Source: Eledone cirrhosa (lineage: Eukaryota). Taken from it: 64,000 nucleotides of DNA. Position 1 is the first letter of the stretch. Every line of letters starts with the position of its first letter. Below the pieces are notes generated by a model. The model was not told the origin of the DNA, did no database searches, and saw only the letters and a list, made by a program, of their open reading frames with translations. Shown here in pieces: positions 1 through 11,039 of the stretch. The stretch covers positions 17,670,001-17,734,000 of the forward strand of contig OZ024749.1 in assembly GCA_964016885.1 (NCBI GenBank), in the 5' to 3' direction. The translations under genes and the position numbers were made by a program.

Positions 1-326
1 GTTTTGAGGACCCTGCAGTTGCGTCAAGGGCATGGCAACCTCCGTAGTGTTGGGGTCTACATAAATACACCCAGTATGTGATGTAAAGTTGGTGGTGGTA
101 GGGAGGGTACCCAGCCACACAAAACTCGCCAAACAAAAGGTTGGGAGGACAGTTCAGTTGTGTTGAAGACATGACACCATCTTTAGTAATGGTGCCACAA
201 TACAATACACTCAGTAGATTGTGGGACAATATGTAAAGAGGTGTGGACCATCCACTCCATTCTGGTTTGTGAAGACCTGACCAATCCTTGTTAGCAGGGA
301 AAGTGGATGTTAAATGATGATGATGA
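1..326 (+). mobile_element. 3' end of an RTE-type LINE (or RTE-tailed SINE) with (GAT)n tail
   Basis: GTTGGTGGTGGTAGGGAGGGTACCCAGC ... GTGGATGTTAAATGATGATGATG resembles the 3' termini of the RTE copies at 40380-40713 and 47500-47680. Confidence 0.6.
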
Positions 327-506
327 GCTGTGACGTTACTGGTACCAGGCTGTTTCTGACTTTACATAGCACGATGTGTAATATATATATATATACAAAA
401 AAAAAATGAATTAAAACATATTTAGGATTTTGTGTTTCTCAATTAGCAAGCTCAATAGACAATATCTAGAGCCATAATAACTAAACGAGGATATATATAT
501 ATATAA

Positions 507-697
507 TAATAATTGTTTCTACTTTAGGCACAAGGCCAGCAATTACGCAGTGCATTACTGGTACTTTATTTTATCGACCCCGTAAGGATGAAAGGCAAAG
601 TAAACCTCGGTGGGATTTGAACTCAGACCGTAAAGGGACGTAACTATGCTGGAAAGCATGGCGTCCGACTCTACGGATACTGCCAATCCCCCGCCCT
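507..697 (-). mobile_element. tRNA-derived SINE, family A
   Basis: Reverse complement of the copies at 29905-30092, 48768-48960 and 50742-50932; B-box-like GAGTTCAAATCC and GGGGTCGATAAAATAAAGTACCAG core; a 39-bp tandem duplication of its 5' end lies at ~678-757. Confidence 0.8.
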
Positions 698-859
698 TAT
701 ATATATAATAATAATATTACTGCCAATCCCCCGCCCTTATATATATAATAATAATATTAATATGACGGAACTAGCAAGGGAATCACTGCTAGGAACGATT
801 GCATCTCAGTGTACTCAATAGGTAATGTTAAAAAACTCCCAGAGTATATTTAACATGTA

Positions 860-1310
860 CTTCAAAATCAATCGATTGGATCATTGCTCCAATGGATGCA
901 CTCGATCAAACAGAGCCCTCAGCATGTATTTCAAGCTGCGCTTTTACACTAGCATGGTACTTCCCGTGGCCATCTCTGACTGTGAAACATGGAAACGCAC
1001 TGAGAAGATTGATAGGTATCTAAAAGCTTTCCATCAGAGGAGCCTGCGTAGGATTGTAAAGGTCAGCTGGTAAGATCCTGTGGAAAGCAAGGTCACATAC
1101 ACTGCAGGAGATAATCCTGAATGTTGGTTCCATTTTGCACCTCTCAGAAGATCACCCAAAACAGCGATGACATGGATTCACCTTGAAGGCAAGTGGAAAA
1201 GAGGCCAGCCGCAAATGATCTGGTGGAACACATTCCAAAGTGTCCCACAAACTGTCAACATCAGCTGGCATGGATGTCAACAAGCTGTCACCAACTGAAA
1301 TCATTGGAAA
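860..1310 (+). mobile_element. Degenerate RTE-like LINE fragment (RT thumb/C-terminus)
   Basis: KLRFYTSMVLPVAISDCETW...AFHQRSLRRIVKVSW and PKTAMTWxxxEGKWKRGQP motifs; partly duplicated at 7850-8040. Confidence 0.7.
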
Positions 1311-1795
1311 CAATTAGTTAATGGTAGTGGTAGTGTTTGCTGGTAAGTTGCTGGTGTATACACATGTTGTTGTTGTTGACATATATTCCTGATGGAACAA
1401 TCTGGACTAAGAACTAAAGAGCTATACATACCATGTTATCACTATATATATATTCAGTACACACAATATATATAGACTATATGATGTTGTCCAAAGGAAA
1501 GTCAAAGGCCGATATAACTTGGAACCAGAGTTGTCACAACTTAATTTTTTCCAGCTGATGAAATAAAATGTTTTATTGTACGACAGAACATGCTGCCCAG
1601 CCCAGGAATTGAACTCACAAGTTTATCATTGAGTCCAACACCCTAACCAATACTCTATTACCTTTTACTCATGACTTAAAGGGACCCTGTGGGAAAAACG
1701 GCAATAATACACCATTGAGATGATCAACTGGTCAATCTATCAAATAAAATGACCATCATCATCATCATTCACTGTCCACTATCACTAAAACATAG

Positions 1796-1915
1796 GAAGA
1801 CATGTAGATTAGTGGTAAGAGAATTGGATTGACAACCATGGGGTTCTGAGTTCAATTCCTTGACTAGGTAATGTGTTAAGTCCTTCAGCAAGACACTTTA
1901 TTTCACCTTGCTCTA
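1796..1915 (+). mobile_element. tRNA-derived SINE, family B (partial)
   Basis: A-box/B-box-like head (TAGTGGTAAGAG...GAGTTCAATTCC) followed by AGCAAGACACTTTATTTCAC, as at 7715, 50035, 52421 and 53070. Confidence 0.65.
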
Positions 1916-3094
1916 TCTGCCAGGAATTACAACTGGTAGATTGTAGATTACATCCTCAATTGGAAAGTCTAATGGAAACATTGTTTCTTTGGTCCAATCT
2001 GATGAGTTCCACTCCACATGGTAAGTAAGAACTGAGATGTTGAGATTTGTTACCAAAAAATCACTAAAATCAAGATCCTGGGTTGGTATAACTACCTGGT
2101 TTGTATGTGTTGTGGTATGGTATGGTATGTGATGTGGTACGTGGTGTGGTTTACTGTGGTGATCTGGTGTGGCATGATGTGTACATTGTGGTGTGTGTGC
2201 AGGGTGATGTGTAATGTAAAGAGGAAATTTTACACACATAGGACCTAGAAGGGGTGTGTGAGGACTCTACCCCCGACAACCCTCTCAGAAATAAATGGGT
2301 GAAGAAAAAGAGAAGAAAGTTGTAAAGTATTTTCAAACGTGAATTATTTTTTTAAAAAGTCAATTTCAACTGTCATGGAAGTACCATCCAACAAATATTA
2401 ATGTGATGTAATTGTTTTTATTTACACATGTGGATATTTTGTCATAAATATAAATATAAACCAGTTAAGGATTACAAAATAAACATATATAAACACATCA
2501 ATTTTTTTTTTTTTAATGATGTCACTGTGGCATTTGAAACTTGGTGGAGCCCTTCACTCTCCAGGTTTGAACAGTTTTCTTCCTGAGAAGGAGAGAGAAT
2601 GAGAGAGAGGAAGTGAGATAGAAATATAGAGAGGAAGAACAGACCCCAGTGATAGACTGGTATTGTTTTTATCAACCTTGAATGGACAAAAGAAAGTTGA
2701 CCTCAGCAGGATTTAAACTCAGAGAACCAGGATAAATATGGCAGAAAGCATTCTATCTATTGTTTTATAGACTTTAAATAAATGTTTCTACTTTTGACTC
2801 AAGGCCAGCAATTTGAAGAGAAAGGGGAATGCCAATTAAATAAGGCCCAGTGCATTACTGTTACTGTTTTTTTTATTAACCTTGAATGGATGAAAGTTAA
2901 AGTTGACCATGGCATGATTTAAACCTAGAACATAAAGGACTAACTTTATGACACAAAGCATATCGTATGACACTCTACTGATTCTGCAAATTCACCACCC
3001 TCAACGATGAAATGAGATTGTGTCTCTGTAAGAGCCTTAATGACAAATAACATGAAGAGGTATTTAACAGGGTGTATTTGTTAATTACAATACA

Positions 3095-3150
3095 AAACCT
3101 CTGAGAATGATTTCCAACATATTTCACCATAATAAATGTTCATCAATATA
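3095..3150 (-). pseudogene. Relic C2H2 finger fragment carried in the cassette copies
   Basis: Minus strand reads MNIYYGEICWKSFSEV, compare [12 protein letters not shown]; also present at ~9355-9410, 27885-27933 and 43912-43950. Confidence 0.55.
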
Positions 3151-3406
3151 TATTAATATTATTATTATTTTCTGCTAGCAAGTGTAATGTGCATATTGAT
3201 ATATACGCAGGTATATATACATGTAGATATGATACATCAAATAAAATCGTAATTGACAATATATAATACATAGAAATTGAACGAAGACTGTGTTACACTC
3301 TCTTATTTAATCAGTAACGTAATCCATGATAGATTAAAAAAGGACAATATTATATATAAACTGCATTAGGAGAGAATTAGTGACGGAAATATATGAATGT
3401 TTATTT

Positions 3407-3427
3407 AAGCGATGGCTAACCGGAAGT
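3407..3427. promoter_or_regulatory. Putative promoter motifs (YY1-like GATGGC plus ETS-type CCGGAAGT)
   Basis: AAGCGATGGCTAACCGGAAGT in otherwise AT-rich DNA; identical at 44180-44200 and deleted in the copy at ~9660. Confidence 0.3.
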
Positions 3428-4064
3428 ATTGACGTTTCAGAAATTTTAAAGAAGTGAATCTTTAAATAAACAAAATATATTTAATCAACAGCCACGGAAT
3501 GTAGTAGATGAATTATGTAATATTTATTCATTATTTATTCAAAGTAATGCAACTTATTTTACTAATAGGATAGAAAATTATAAACAGTACGCAATACTGC
3601 GCTCCATTCTTTATTATAGTTTAGATTTATTAGGTCATGTGGATTGGCCAGAACAATTCTACTCTTCTTTTTTAGATGTCACGATCTTCCATGGCATTCC
3701 TGAGATCATTAATCTCCAGCTGGACATCCTGAAACATCTGATCTATGTAGGTCAATCTCAGTTATCACTCTAGTGTCTTACAATGTTTAGGTATCCACCA
3801 CAATAGCCAGCTCATCATACCCTCAGTAGCAATGTCCAGCTTATCTTGTCCTCCGCTCCCTAGTTATTATGGTAATCTTTGATATATGTCAGTATATTTC
3901 TTCCATTTGAGTAATGTATTAAAAAACAAAAATAATAATATATATATACACACACACAACATATATGTTGGGATGTATAAGATTTCTCAAGCTTCACATT
4001 TTATATTCTCCCTTCCAAAGTGCGTCTATATATTTGTGTTTTTCATATTTCACAGTGATGGGGT

Positions 4065-5483
4065 TTACCGCAAGTGTTGACTACGTAGGTGAACAACCAT
4101 TGACGAATTCACAGTGAAAGATTTCCCACATATTTCACATGAATAAGGTTTTTCACCAGTGTGCTTTCTTTTGTGACATACAAGATGAGAATTCTGAGAA
4201 AAAGATTTCTCACATATTTCACAATGGAAGGGTTTTTCACCAGTGTGAATTCTTTTGTGATTCACAATATGAGAACTCCGAGTGAAAGATTTCCCACATA
4301 TTTCACATGAATAAGGTTTTTCCCCTGTGTGCTTTCTTTTGTGATTTACAAGATTGTACTTCTGGGTGAAAGATTTCCCACATATTTCACAGTGGAAGGG
4401 TTTTTCACCAGTGTGTATTCTTTTGTGAAGTTCAAGATGAGAACTCTGAGAAAAAGATTTCCCACATATTTCACAATGGAAGGGTTTTTCTCCAGTGTGT
4501 ATTCTTTTGTGAGTTTCATGTTGAGAACTCTGAGAAAATGATTTCCCACATATTTCACAATGGAAGGGTTTTTCACCTGTGTGTGTTCTTTTGTGATGTA
4601 CAAGAATAAAATTACGAGAAAAAGATTTCCCACATATTTCACATGAATAAGGTTTTTCACCAGTATGTATTCTTTTGTGACATACAAGATGAGAACTACG
4701 AGAAAATGATTTCCCACATATTTCACAATGGAAGGGTTTTTCTCCAGTGTGGCTCCCTATGTGGATGACAAGTGCAGAATTATTTATGAAAGATTTCTCA
4801 CATATTTCACAGTGGAAGGGTTTTTCTCCAGTGTGACTCCGTATGTGGGTGACAAGATTAGAATTATCAGTAAAAGATTTCCCACATATTTCACAGTGGA
4901 AGGGTTTTTCACCAGTGTGACTCCGTATGTGGACGACAAGAGTAGAATTATTAGTGAAAGATTTTCCACATATTTCACATGAATAAGGTTTTTCTCCTGT
5001 GTGCTTTCTTTTGTGCTTTACAAGATTGTACTTCTGGGTGAAAGATTTCCCACATATTTCACAGTGGAAGGGTTTTTCACCAGTGTGTATTCTTTTGTGT
5101 TTTACAAGATTTGAACTATTAGAAAAAGATTTACCACATATTTCACAATGGAAGAGTTTTTCACCAGTGTGTGTTCTTTTGTGAGGTTCAAGTTGAGAAC
5201 TCTGAGAAAATGATTTCCCACATATTTCACAATGGAAGGGATTTTCACCAGTGTGTGTTCTTTTGTGAGGTTCAAGTTGAGAACTCTGAGAAAATGATTT
5301 CCCACATATTTCACAATGGAAGGGTTTTTCTCCAGTGTGACTTCGTATGTGGACGACAAGAGCAGAATTATTTATGAAAGATTTCCCACATATATCACAG
5401 TGGAAGGGTTTTTCTCTACTGTGTATTTTCTCGTGTGAGGATAGTTTCAGTTTTGAAAAGGTTTTCCTGCTATATGCAGACAT
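4065..5483 (-). CDS. Tandem C2H2 zinc-finger protein, 16 fingers, single coding exon, no effector domain visible
   Basis: 472-aa open ORF of 28-aa units CxxCGKSF...HxxxH joined by TGEKP-type linkers. Confidence 0.92.
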   Translation of the reverse strand: MSAYSRKTFSKLKLSSHEKIHSREKPFHCDICGKSFINNSALVVHIRSHTGEKPFHCEICGKSFSQSSQLEPHKRTHTGENPFHCEICGKSFSQSSQLEPHKRTHTGEKLFHCEICGKSFSNSSNLVKHKRIHTGEKPFHCEICGKSFTQKYNLVKHKRKHTGEKPYSCEICGKSFTNNSTLVVHIRSHTGEKPFHCEICGKSFTDNSNLVTHIRSHTGEKPFHCEICEKSFINNSALVIHIGSHTGEKPFHCEICGKSFSRSSHLVCHKRIHTGEKPYSCEICGKSFSRNFILVHHKRTHTGEKPFHCEICGKSFSQSSQHETHKRIHTGEKPFHCEICGKSFSQSSHLELHKRIHTGEKPFHCEICGKSFTQKYNLVNHKRKHTGEKPYSCEICGKSFTRSSHIVNHKRIHTGEKPFHCEICEKSFSQNSHLVCHKRKHTGEKPYSCEICGKSFTVNSSMVVHLRSQHLR

Positions 5484-5604
5484 ATTTCATAAAGGAATCT
5501 CACCACTTCCACTCATATATTAAGAAATGTAGCATTCAGTTGGTAAAGTAATAAGATGTATGAAAGCGTAAGACTGATCTTGGAAGAAGAAAAAGCAAGT
5601 GCTA

Positions 5605-5637
<33 letters not shown>

Positions 5638-6239
5638 AATATATATATATTTTTTTTGTTAAGGTGTGAGAAGCTCTATTCACAATTACATCCTCAGCTC
5701 ATAAAACAGACGAATAGGACTTCGTAATTTAAGGTTCAGGTGACAAGAGAATTAATATCAATAATTTCAAAAGACGAATGTTAATATATATACATATATA
5801 TATAGACATACAGTGTGTACGTATGAAAGAGAGAAATAGACGTGTGTGTGTGTGTAGTAATATGTGTGTTGGTGTTGTAATAAGCCAAGATATTTCACTT
5901 CAGATAGAAAAGTTCACTTTTTTTGTGTTGTGATGGGAAACGAAATAATACGTACTTTAGTTTTCAAGACCAAATATAAAATCAAGAAAAGTTAGTAAAA
6001 ACTAAATGTTCACTGATTTCTGATTAAAATAATATTTTCCTGTCCTGTAAAATGTTGAACAACCACTTCAATATTTAATAATACAGGTGATAAAACAACA
6101 ACTATAAGGTAAATAAGTCACCTTATGTTATTTACAAACATTAACGTCCACCTTAATATGAAATAATCACCATAAAAAATAAAATCATATGAGGTTTAAT
6201 TTGTAACAATGTAGCTGATATAAATGGTAATATATCACT

Positions 6240-6320
6240 GTCTAGTTGACACCGGTGTCATGACTTAAAAATCCCCTACATAATTTAATACATTCAAAAA
6301 CAACTTCCGTTATGTTAATT
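6240..6320 (-). promoter_or_regulatory. Conserved upstream block of the ZNF genes (candidate promoter)
   Basis: ACCGGTGTCATGACTTAAAA..CCC..TAATTTAATAC.TTCA..ACTTCCG is conserved at 29765-29840 and, more diverged, at 51470-51530; lies 5' of the ZNF ORF on the minus strand. Confidence 0.4.
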
Positions 6321-6855
6321 CACACCTTCAATCGATATGTTAGTAATTTATTCAGATTTGTATAAATAACATTATTAAGTTTACATAACTGTTTATATTA
6401 AAACGAAACACAATATTAAAGATAATAAAACATTTAAAAAATGGAAATGAAAAGATGAAAAACAAAAACATGAGAGACATGTGGAATGATGTGTCTTGCT
6501 TAAGGACAGAATGTACCTCCCTTTGAAAACATTATATTACAATATGCTGTATGACTTCACTATAAAATATAATTGTGTTTGTATACATATATATAGTATA
6601 TATTTGTTTGTATACATTGCCTCATTCCATGAAAGTAACTTGGTTAGTCTATGAACTCCTCATCTGACCCTTCTATATGTATATACATCTTTCTCAGTGA
6701 GTGTGTACATATGTATATAGAATATTGTCACAACTACTATATACACCACATCTACAATATATATAATATTGTCCAATATATATAGACTATATGTCATGTT
6801 GTCCAAGGGAAAGGCTGATATAGATCGGCACCCATGACGTTACAACTATTATATA

Positions 6856-6897
<42 letters not shown>

Positions 6898-7014
6898 TAC
6901 ATACATACACTATATATAATGTCCAGAGGAATGGCTGAAACAGCTTGACACCAGCATTCATCATATATATATATGCACTATACATACTATGTATACACTA
7001 CATATATATCATCA

Positions 7015-7575
7015 TTATCACAATCATCGATTAACATCTATCTTCCATGGGTTACACAGGTCCTATTATGAGGCAAGTTGTGTCGGGTGACAGTGACAGC
7101 TCATATAGGGTGTTTCTGGCTGGATGCCCTTCCTAATGCCAACCACATTGACAGTGTTGGCCGGGTGCTTTTCGCCGAGTCTTTCACATGTCCACTTTAC
7201 AGCATGGGCTGCGTGCTTTTTGCTGTGTCTTTCACATGTCCACTTTACAGCATGAGCTGGCTGATTTTTACTGTGTCTTTCACATGTCCACTTTACAGTG
7301 TGGGCTGGGAGGGGGTGGACATTCTGTACATATGCTTCAGCTTGTATTGCTGGGAAGTCGGGTCTTCTGTATTACTGCATATCGCCAGAGATCCCGGCCA
7401 TGTGTCATCTCCTCTGAGAGGTACAATTGGGCAAGGTCAGCTTGTATCACCTCACCCCAGCCCTTCCAAGGTCTCCCCACCCCAAGGCTTCCAACAACTG
7501 AGTCTCCATATGGGGCAGAGGATGGTATGTCTACCAATGCCTTTCCTACATACTGGACAAGGCCATTTCCCTGAG
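7015..7575 (-). mobile_element. Deleted RTE LINE 3' fragment with three ~39-bp internal repeats
   Basis: RDLWRYAVIQKTRL C-terminus, a KWPCPVCRKGIGR remnant and a (GAT) tail; TCTTTCACATGTCCACTTTACAG x3 at 7180-7300. Confidence 0.65.
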
Positions 7576-7714
7576 AGGATCTCGATTCTGTTTTCTGGAA
7601 TTTCTACCTATATATATATTCTCTACATACAATATATGATGTTATCCAAAGTGAGGTCAATAGCTGATATAACTTGGTGCCAGTGTCATCACAACTAATA
7701 TATACCCTATATAC

Positions 7715-7832
7715 AGACGTGTGGCTGAGTGGTTAGAGAATTGGATTCGCAATCGTGAGGTTGTGAGATTGATTCCCCGACCGGGCGATGCGTTATGTCC
7801 TTGAGCAAGACACTTTATTTCACATTGCTCCT
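7715..7832 (+). mobile_element. tRNA-derived SINE, family B
   Basis: GTGGCTGAGTGGTTAGAG...GATTGATTCCCC tRNA-like head plus TTGAGCAAGACACTTTATTTCACATTGCTCC. Confidence 0.75.
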
Positions 7833-7849
7833 TCTAGGTTCTATTTTGA

Positions 7850-9745
7850 AGGTCACATTCTGAAACTCCCAGATCACCTGTCCAAAACAGTGATGACATG
7901 GATTCCCCTTGAAGGCAAGTGGAAAAGAAGCCGTCCGAAGATGACCTGGTGGATCACATTCCAAAATGACCCACAAACTGTCAACATCAGCTGGCATGAA
8001 TGTCAACAAGCTGTCACCAACTGAAATCATTGGAGACAATTAGTTAATGGTAGTGGTAGTGTTTGCTGGTAAGTTGTTGGTGTAAACACATATGTTACTG
8101 TTGTTAATGTCACCACTGCTATCGCTGCCTTCCTCTTGTTGATGGTAGTGATAATTGTTGGTGCTACCTATATCAGCTATCAAGCTGGCTGCTGTATCAG
8201 CTTCTGTGATTGATGCTCCAATGGCCTTCTTGACCAAAGATGCAGGTCAATGGCTTTTGGCATCGTTTGGCAATACAACAGCAAATAAATATATTCTCTA
8301 TATTTTTTTTTATTTATTTCTAATCTGATTCAATATTATCAATTGGAAAGACCAATGGAAACATTGTTTCATTCGTCCAATCTGATGAATTCCACTCCAC
8401 TTGGTAAGAACTGAGATGTTGAAATTTATTACAAAAAAAAATCACTAAAATCAAGATCCTGGGTTGGTATAACTAACTGGTTTGTATGTGTCTGTTGTGG
8501 TGTGGTATGTGGTGTGTTGTGGTGTTTTGATGTGGTCCGTGTGCAGGGTGATGTGTTGTTGTGTGTGTGTAGTGTAAAGAGGAAATTTTACACACATAGG
8601 ACCTAGAAGGGGTGTGTGAGGACTCTACCCCCTACAACCCTCTCAGAAATAAATGGATGAAGAAAAAGAGAAGAAAGTATTTTCAAATGTGAATTATTTT
8701 TTTAAAAAGTCAAAAACAACTGTCATGAAAGTACCATCCAACACATATTAAAGTTATGCAATTGTTTTTATTTACACATGTGGATATTTTGTCATAAATA
8801 TAAACCAGTTAAGGTTTACAAAATAAACAAATACAAACACACAATGCTTTTTTTGTTTTTAAATGTAGTCATAAGGGTGTCACTGTGGACATTCGAAGCT
8901 TGGTGGAGCTCTTCACTCTCCAGGTTTGAACAGTTGGAACAGAGAAGGAGAGAGAATAAGAGGGAGGAAGTGAGATAGAAATATAGAGAGGAAGAACAGA
9001 CCCCAGTGATAGACTGGTATTGATTTTTATCAATCTTGAATGGACGAATGAAAGTTGACCTCAGCAGGATTTAAACTCAGAGAACCAGGATAAATATGGC
9101 AGAAAGCATTCTATCTATTGTTTTATAGACTTTAAATAAATGTTTCTACTTTTGAATCAGGCCAGTGCATTACTGTTACTGTTTTTTACCTTGAATGGAT
9201 GAAAGTCAAAGTTGACCATGGCATGATTTAAACCCAGAACATAAAGGACTGTAACTTTATGACACAAAGCATATCGTATGACACTCTAAGAGCCCTTAAT
9301 GACAAATATTATGAAGGGGTACTTTCTACAGGGTGTATTTGTTAATTACAATTCAAAACCTCTGAGAATGATTTCCAACATATTTCATCATAATAAATGT
9401 TCATCAATATATAACATTATTATTAATATTATTATTATTTTCTGCTAGCATGTGTAGTGTGCATATTGATATTATACGCAGGTATATGATACATCAAATA
9501 AAATCATAATAGACAATATATAATACATAGAAATTGAACGAAGACTGTGTTACACTCTCTTATTTAATCAGTAATGTAATCCATGATACATTAAAAAAGA
9601 CGATATTATATATAAACTGCATTAGGAGAAAATTAGTGACGGAAATATATGAATGTTTATTTAAGAAGTGAATCTTTAAATAAACAAAATATATTTAATC
9701 AACAGTCACGAAATTTAGTAGATAAATTATGTAATATTCATTCAT
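7850..9745 (-). repeat. ZNF cassette copy 2 (downstream half only, cut off by SINE and Penelope insertions)
   Basis: Collinear with 1140-1380 plus 1957-3535 and with 42370-44280. Confidence 0.85.
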
Positions 9746-10012
9746 ATCCTTACGGGGTCGATAAAATAAAGTACCAGTAATGTACTGGGTAATTGCTGGC
9801 CTTGTGCCTAAAGTAGAAACAATTATTTATTCAAAGTAATCGGTAGAGGGTCGGACGCCATGCTTTCCAGCATAGTTACGTCCCTTTACGATCTGAGTTC
9901 AAATCCTGCCGAGGTTGACTTTGCCTTTCATCCTTACGGGATCGATAAAATAAAGTACCAGTAATGCACTGGGTATTTGCTGGCCTTGTGCCTAAAGTAG
10001 AAACAATTATTT
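9745..10012 (+). mobile_element. Two tandem family A SINE pieces
   Basis: GGGGTCGATAAAATAAAGTACCAG...GTAGAAACAATTATT occurs twice. Confidence 0.8.
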
Positions 10013-10015
10013 ATT

Positions 10016-10950
10016 CACACAAGCACACAAATAAACATACATATCTTTACTTCAATAGAAAATCTCCCCAGCGAACTAACCATATTCACAGAACCAGAAC
10101 AATTCTCCCAATCCCATTTCTCTTGACCACTATCTTTCCCTTGTCATAACATTCTCTATAAAGGCTACAGAATAGATTTCCAAATAAGGGCGTAAAAATG
10201 TAATGAAAACTTGTTCACGTGACAGCCAAATTTCATCTATAACCAATCAAATCACGTTTATTAAAAAAAAGCCTTCGTGATCCACCCTTTTTTTAAGTAA
10301 AGAAATTCAAACACACACACACACAACACACACAAGCACACAAGTAAACATACATATCTTTACTTTCTTTATTCAATAGAAAATCTGAATTCTGACACCC
10401 CAGCGAACTAACCATATTCACTGAACCAGAACAATTCTCCCATCCATTATCTTTCACTTATCATAAAATTCTCTAAAAAGGCTCCAGAATGGATTTCCAA
10501 ATAAGGGCACGAAAATTTAATGAAAACTTGTTCACGTGACAGCCATAATTTCATTTATAACCAACCCCAAAAAAGCCTTCGTGAGCCCCTCTTTTCAAGT
10601 AAAAAGAAATTCAAACACTCATATATGAAAAAACAACCTGTGACAACCCCCCCCCCTCTTATTTGAAGAACTATTGTAACGCGAACTGGCGCGAAATTTA
10701 TTATAATTATTGACAAACCAATCAAATTACTTCTCGAAAAACCTGGCATTTCGAGCCACTTTTTCCATATAAAACAAGTAACATTCAGAGACCAACCAGA
10801 TGTGAGAAAAACCACAGACCCTCCATCTCAACTCACCTTTTGAAAAGCAGAAGAACTGCGAAACCGGTAAAGGAAGCAAATAAATATATATATTTAAAAA
10901 AAAAATAAGACTCCAGTTGCATTTTCGATTTCATCTCTTTTTCTTTATAC
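10016..10950 (+). repeat. 5' pseudo-LTR of the Neptune-like element, with two ~300-bp internal subrepeats
   Basis: Matches 14790-15750; CACAAGCACACAAATAAACATACATATC...CCCCAGCGAACTAACC occurs twice in each copy. Confidence 0.88.
10836..10873 (+). ncRNA. Minimal type I hammerhead ribozyme, U3-A8 core variant
   Basis: CCTT-TTGAAAA-GCAG(aagaa)CTGC-GAAA-C(cg)G-TA-AAGG; stems I and II pair and stem III is the palindrome ACCGGT. Confidence 0.75.
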
Positions 10951-11039
10951 TTTCACTCGTGTAGGACACCTCGGTTATTTTTCATTTTGTAAAAAAAAAC
11001 CTCACTTTCTAATATATACCCACCACACGAAGACCGAAA

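Larger units (their letters stand above)
1140..6480 (-). repeat. ZNF cassette copy 1 (reference unit of the local segmental duplication)
   Basis: Non-coding and coding blocks recur in the same order at 7850-9745, 26700-30150, 39680-41650 and 42340-45170. Confidence 0.85.

Noticed and set aside
1552-1585. CTGATGA followed by an AATAAAA/TTTTATT hairpin
   Set aside because: No GAAA, stem III or stem I partner follows.
1960-2050. CTGATGA with an adjacent hairpin in each cassette (also 8381, 26795, 42646, 43779) as a hammerhead
   Set aside because: After the GTTC/GAAC stem the sequence is TGAGA rather than GAAA, and stems I and III cannot be formed convincingly. At most an old relic.
4329-5377. 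Overlapping ORFs on other frames and strands of the ZNF gene
   Set aside because: Shadows of the 84-bp finger periodicity.
7715-7790. tRNA genes at SINE heads (also 52421 and 53070)
   Set aside because: The cloverleaf is degenerate and runs straight into SINE body sequence.
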